Source: Trichodesmium erythraeum IMS101 | GTDB taxonomy: Bacteria > Cyanobacteriota > Cyanobacteriia > Cyanobacteriales > Microcoleaceae | Assembly (NCBI RefSeq): GCF_000014265.1 | Contig: NC_008312.1 | Span: 6,660,001 to 6,692,000 of the forward strand | DNA length: 32,000 bases | Direction: 5' to 3' | Part shown: positions 30,413 to 32,000 of the stretch, piece after piece | Layout: each line of letters begins with the position of its first letter | Numbering within the stretch: position 1 is the stretch's first letter | Made by a program: the position numbers and the translations under genes | The notes under the pieces: generated by a model | What the model saw: the letters and a program-made list of their open reading frames with translations, nothing else | The model's database searches: none | What the model was told of the DNA's origin: nothing

Positions 30413-31064
30413 TTAATTGCTTAATTATTGAAGTTTTACCTAGATTTAAAAAATTTTTTTTATTTTTGGTATAACTAATTCTTTGGCAATGGGCATAATT
30501 TTTACAGAAAAATAGATAGTTGTCACTCGCATAATTTTACATAATAATGATTGCGGTTGTCAAAAAAAATATGCTATTTTAAAAATGTCAAAAAAATTAA
30601 GCAAATTATCAAATATGTAATCTAAGAATAGAAACTTTTCACTCGCATATATTGTCAATTCCTTAATTATTGAGGTTTTAGCTAGATTTAATTTTTTTTT
30701 ATTTTTGGTATAACTAATTCTTTGGAAATGGACGTAATTTTTACAGAAAAATAGATAGTTATAACTCGCATAATGATACATAAAAATGGTTGCGGTTGTA
30801 AAAAAAGTATGGTATTTTAAAAATGTAAAAAAAGTCAAGCAAATTATCAAATATATGATCTAAGAACATAAACTTATCACTCGTATAACTTTACATAATA
30901 ATGATTGCATTTATTAAAAAATGATGCTGCTTTCAGAATATTGAGAAAAAAATTAGCAAATTATCAACGACATTATCTAAGAATAAAAAACTTGTCTCCC
31001 GCATAAAATTATATAAGAAGAATTGTGATTCTCAAAAATGATGCTATTTTCAGAATATTGATAG
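30413..31064. repeat. Tandem repeat array: about six units of 115-124 bp, organised as a 242-bp super-repeat
   Basis: 30421-30662 aligns with 30663-30900 at high identity (ttaattattga.gtttta.ctagattta...ctaattctttgg.aatgg.c.taatttttacagaaaaatagatagtt...). Sub-units begin with (c/a)actcg(c/t)ata at about 30524, 30640, 30764 and 30878, and a degenerate one begins at about 30996. Confidence 0.85.
30534..30563 (-). promoter_or_regulatory. Putative sigma70 promoter in the proximal repeat unit, facing the kinase-WYL gene
   Basis: On the minus strand: TTGACA (30563-30558), 18 nt, TAAAAT (30539-30534). The predicted start is about 275-300 nt upstream of the kinase-WYL start codon. Weaker versions recur in the distal units. 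Confidence 0.4.
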
Positions 31065-31098
31065 TTTAGTTCGGGGTTTATACAATTTATTTGGGATA

Positions 31099-31452
31099 GA
31101 AACTCTGAGCAATGAACAGTTTCATCAGGCTCTAAAAGAGGGTCGAGGAGATTTTATAAAAACTTGATTAATTAACCCTAATTTAGCGAAGAAAAATTTA
31201 GATGGTATTAACCTAAGTGGAGTTAATTTAAATAAGGTTAATCTTAGGGAAGCGTCTTTAATTAAAGCGCAGTTACATAGGACTAAAATGGTAGGAGCTA
31301 ATTTAGATTCGGCTAATCTCAAAGGAGCTCATCTTAGCCGAGCTAATTTAAAAGATGCTCAAGCATCTTGGGCAGATTTAAGAAATACAAATATGAGCAA
31401 TACTGTACTTCATAATGCTAATTTAACCGGTGCAGATCTGGATAAGTCATAA
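31099..31452 (+). pseudogene. Pentapeptide-repeat gene with no start codon and a premature TGA
   Basis: The frame reads ..LSNEQFHQALKEGRGDFIKT*LINPNLAKKNLDGINLSGVNLNKVNLREASLIKAQL...ANLTGADLDKS*. An in-frame TGA lies at 31165-31167, and there is no in-frame ATG before 31288. Confidence 0.6.
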
Positions 31453-31458
31453 TCAATT

Positions 31459-31836
31459 TTGGAAGCTAAAACAATGTTTGCCAGAGAAACAATATTTAAG
31501 GATTATAAAAGCGCTGCTTATAACCTAGAAGCATCTAAGGCTATTGAAAACAGACTGAAGAATCTAATTTTATTAATAGCTATTTCTTATGCAATTAGTT
31601 CATTTCAAGGAAAAAAAATTAAAAATAAAGGGCTTCAAGAATATATATCAAGAACTAATGAAAGAGGTAGAAAAGAAAGAAGACATAATAGTTTTTTTGT
31701 GGGATTATCTAGGATTTATTGGGCAATAAATGATAATTTTATCTGGGAATTAGTAGAACATTTAATGAGTCTTAATCCTCATAAATTTCTCTATTATCGT
31801 AGGGAAATAAAAGCGATGAATACAGTGGTTAATTAG
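31459..31836 (+). pseudogene. IS4-family transposase, C-terminal fragment only
   Basis: ..ETIFKDYKSAAYNLEASKAIENRLKNLILLIAISYAISSFQGKKIKNKGLQEYISR....RHNSFFVGL.. matches the C-terminal block of cyanobacterial IS4-type transposases. The catalytic N-terminal two thirds are absent. Confidence 0.7.
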
Positions 31837-31930
31837 ACTGTAATTTTTGATTAACTATCAATTAATAAAAGTGATTTTTTTCATAATATTATTCTCTAGT
31901 ATAACTTGAATAATGATTCAACAATTTTAG

Positions 31931-31969
31931 GGGGTGCAGTGCGAGCACTCTGCCCTGGCACTGCACCCC
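31931..31969. repeat. GC-rich perfect 12-bp hairpin
   Basis: ggggtgcagtgc (31931-31942) pairs with gcactgcacccc (31958-31969) around a 15-nt loop. It lies in an otherwise very AT-rich context, 95 nt after the transposase fragment. Confidence 0.6.
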
Positions 31970-32000
31970 TTTCCCAGTCCAATAAGGATTTTCTTTTAGT

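Noticed and set aside
30560-30850. 96-aa minus-strand ORF across the tandem repeat
   Set aside because: The translation is F/Y/I/K/N-rich and low in complexity. It is produced by AT-rich repeat DNA and the internal duplication simply mirrors the DNA repeat. There are no coding signals.
30413-31064. Possible CRISPR array, considered because of the regular repeats
   Set aside because: The units are about 120 bp and contiguous, with no 25-40-bp repeats alternating with unique spacers and no cas genes nearby. It is a tandem or satellite-type repeat, not a CRISPR array.
31125-31322. 65-aa minus-strand ORF
   Set aside because: It is antisense to the clear pentapeptide-repeat reading frame on the plus strand.

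Overview
The window is low-GC cyanobacterial chromosome. Evidence: 14 perfect HIP1 octamers (GCGATCGC), STRR-like heptamer runs, a ccmK3-ccmK4 carboxysome-shell pair, a CIRCE-controlled groESL operon, pentapeptide-repeat genes and an NYN/LabA-like gene. By my annotation only about 40% of the 32 kb is intact coding sequence. The rest is AT-rich spacer with decayed mobile DNA: two IS630-type transposase relics, an IS1634-like relic, two IS4-like relics, a TnpB relic and MITE-like elements. This pattern fits a filamentous cyanobacterium with an eroding or repeat-rich genome (Trichodesmium-, Richelia- or symbiotic Nostocales-like), but that assignment is inference only. Confident housekeeping genes are groES, groEL, ilvC, ccmK3, ccmK4, a LysR-type regulator, a NarL/LuxR-type response regulator, a TrpD-like paralog, a two-domain SagB-type dehydrogenase, a divergent CaCA-like membrane protein and a TIGR04376-like coiled-coil protein. 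The best candidate for an undescribed system is at 27.8-31.1 kb. It is a 718/726-aa protein that fuses a polynucleotide-kinase-like P-loop domain to wHTH-WYL-WCX sensor modules. A 74-codon ORF overlaps its stop codon by 4 nt (GTGA). Upstream lies a ~650-bp tandem array of ~120-bp units (242-bp super-period), most of which carry a sigma70-like promoter facing the gene. The locus sits among transposase and pseudogene debris. Secondary leads are a dispersed ~150-bp element with conserved flanks and a variable core behind a near-consensus promoter, a 742-bp non-autonomous element with ~88-bp inverted repeats, and an orphan terminator with a tandem LTTR-box-like repeat divergent from the LysR gene. 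No rRNA, tRNA or CRISPR array was recognised. All protein-family calls come from motif recognition by eye, not from database searches.
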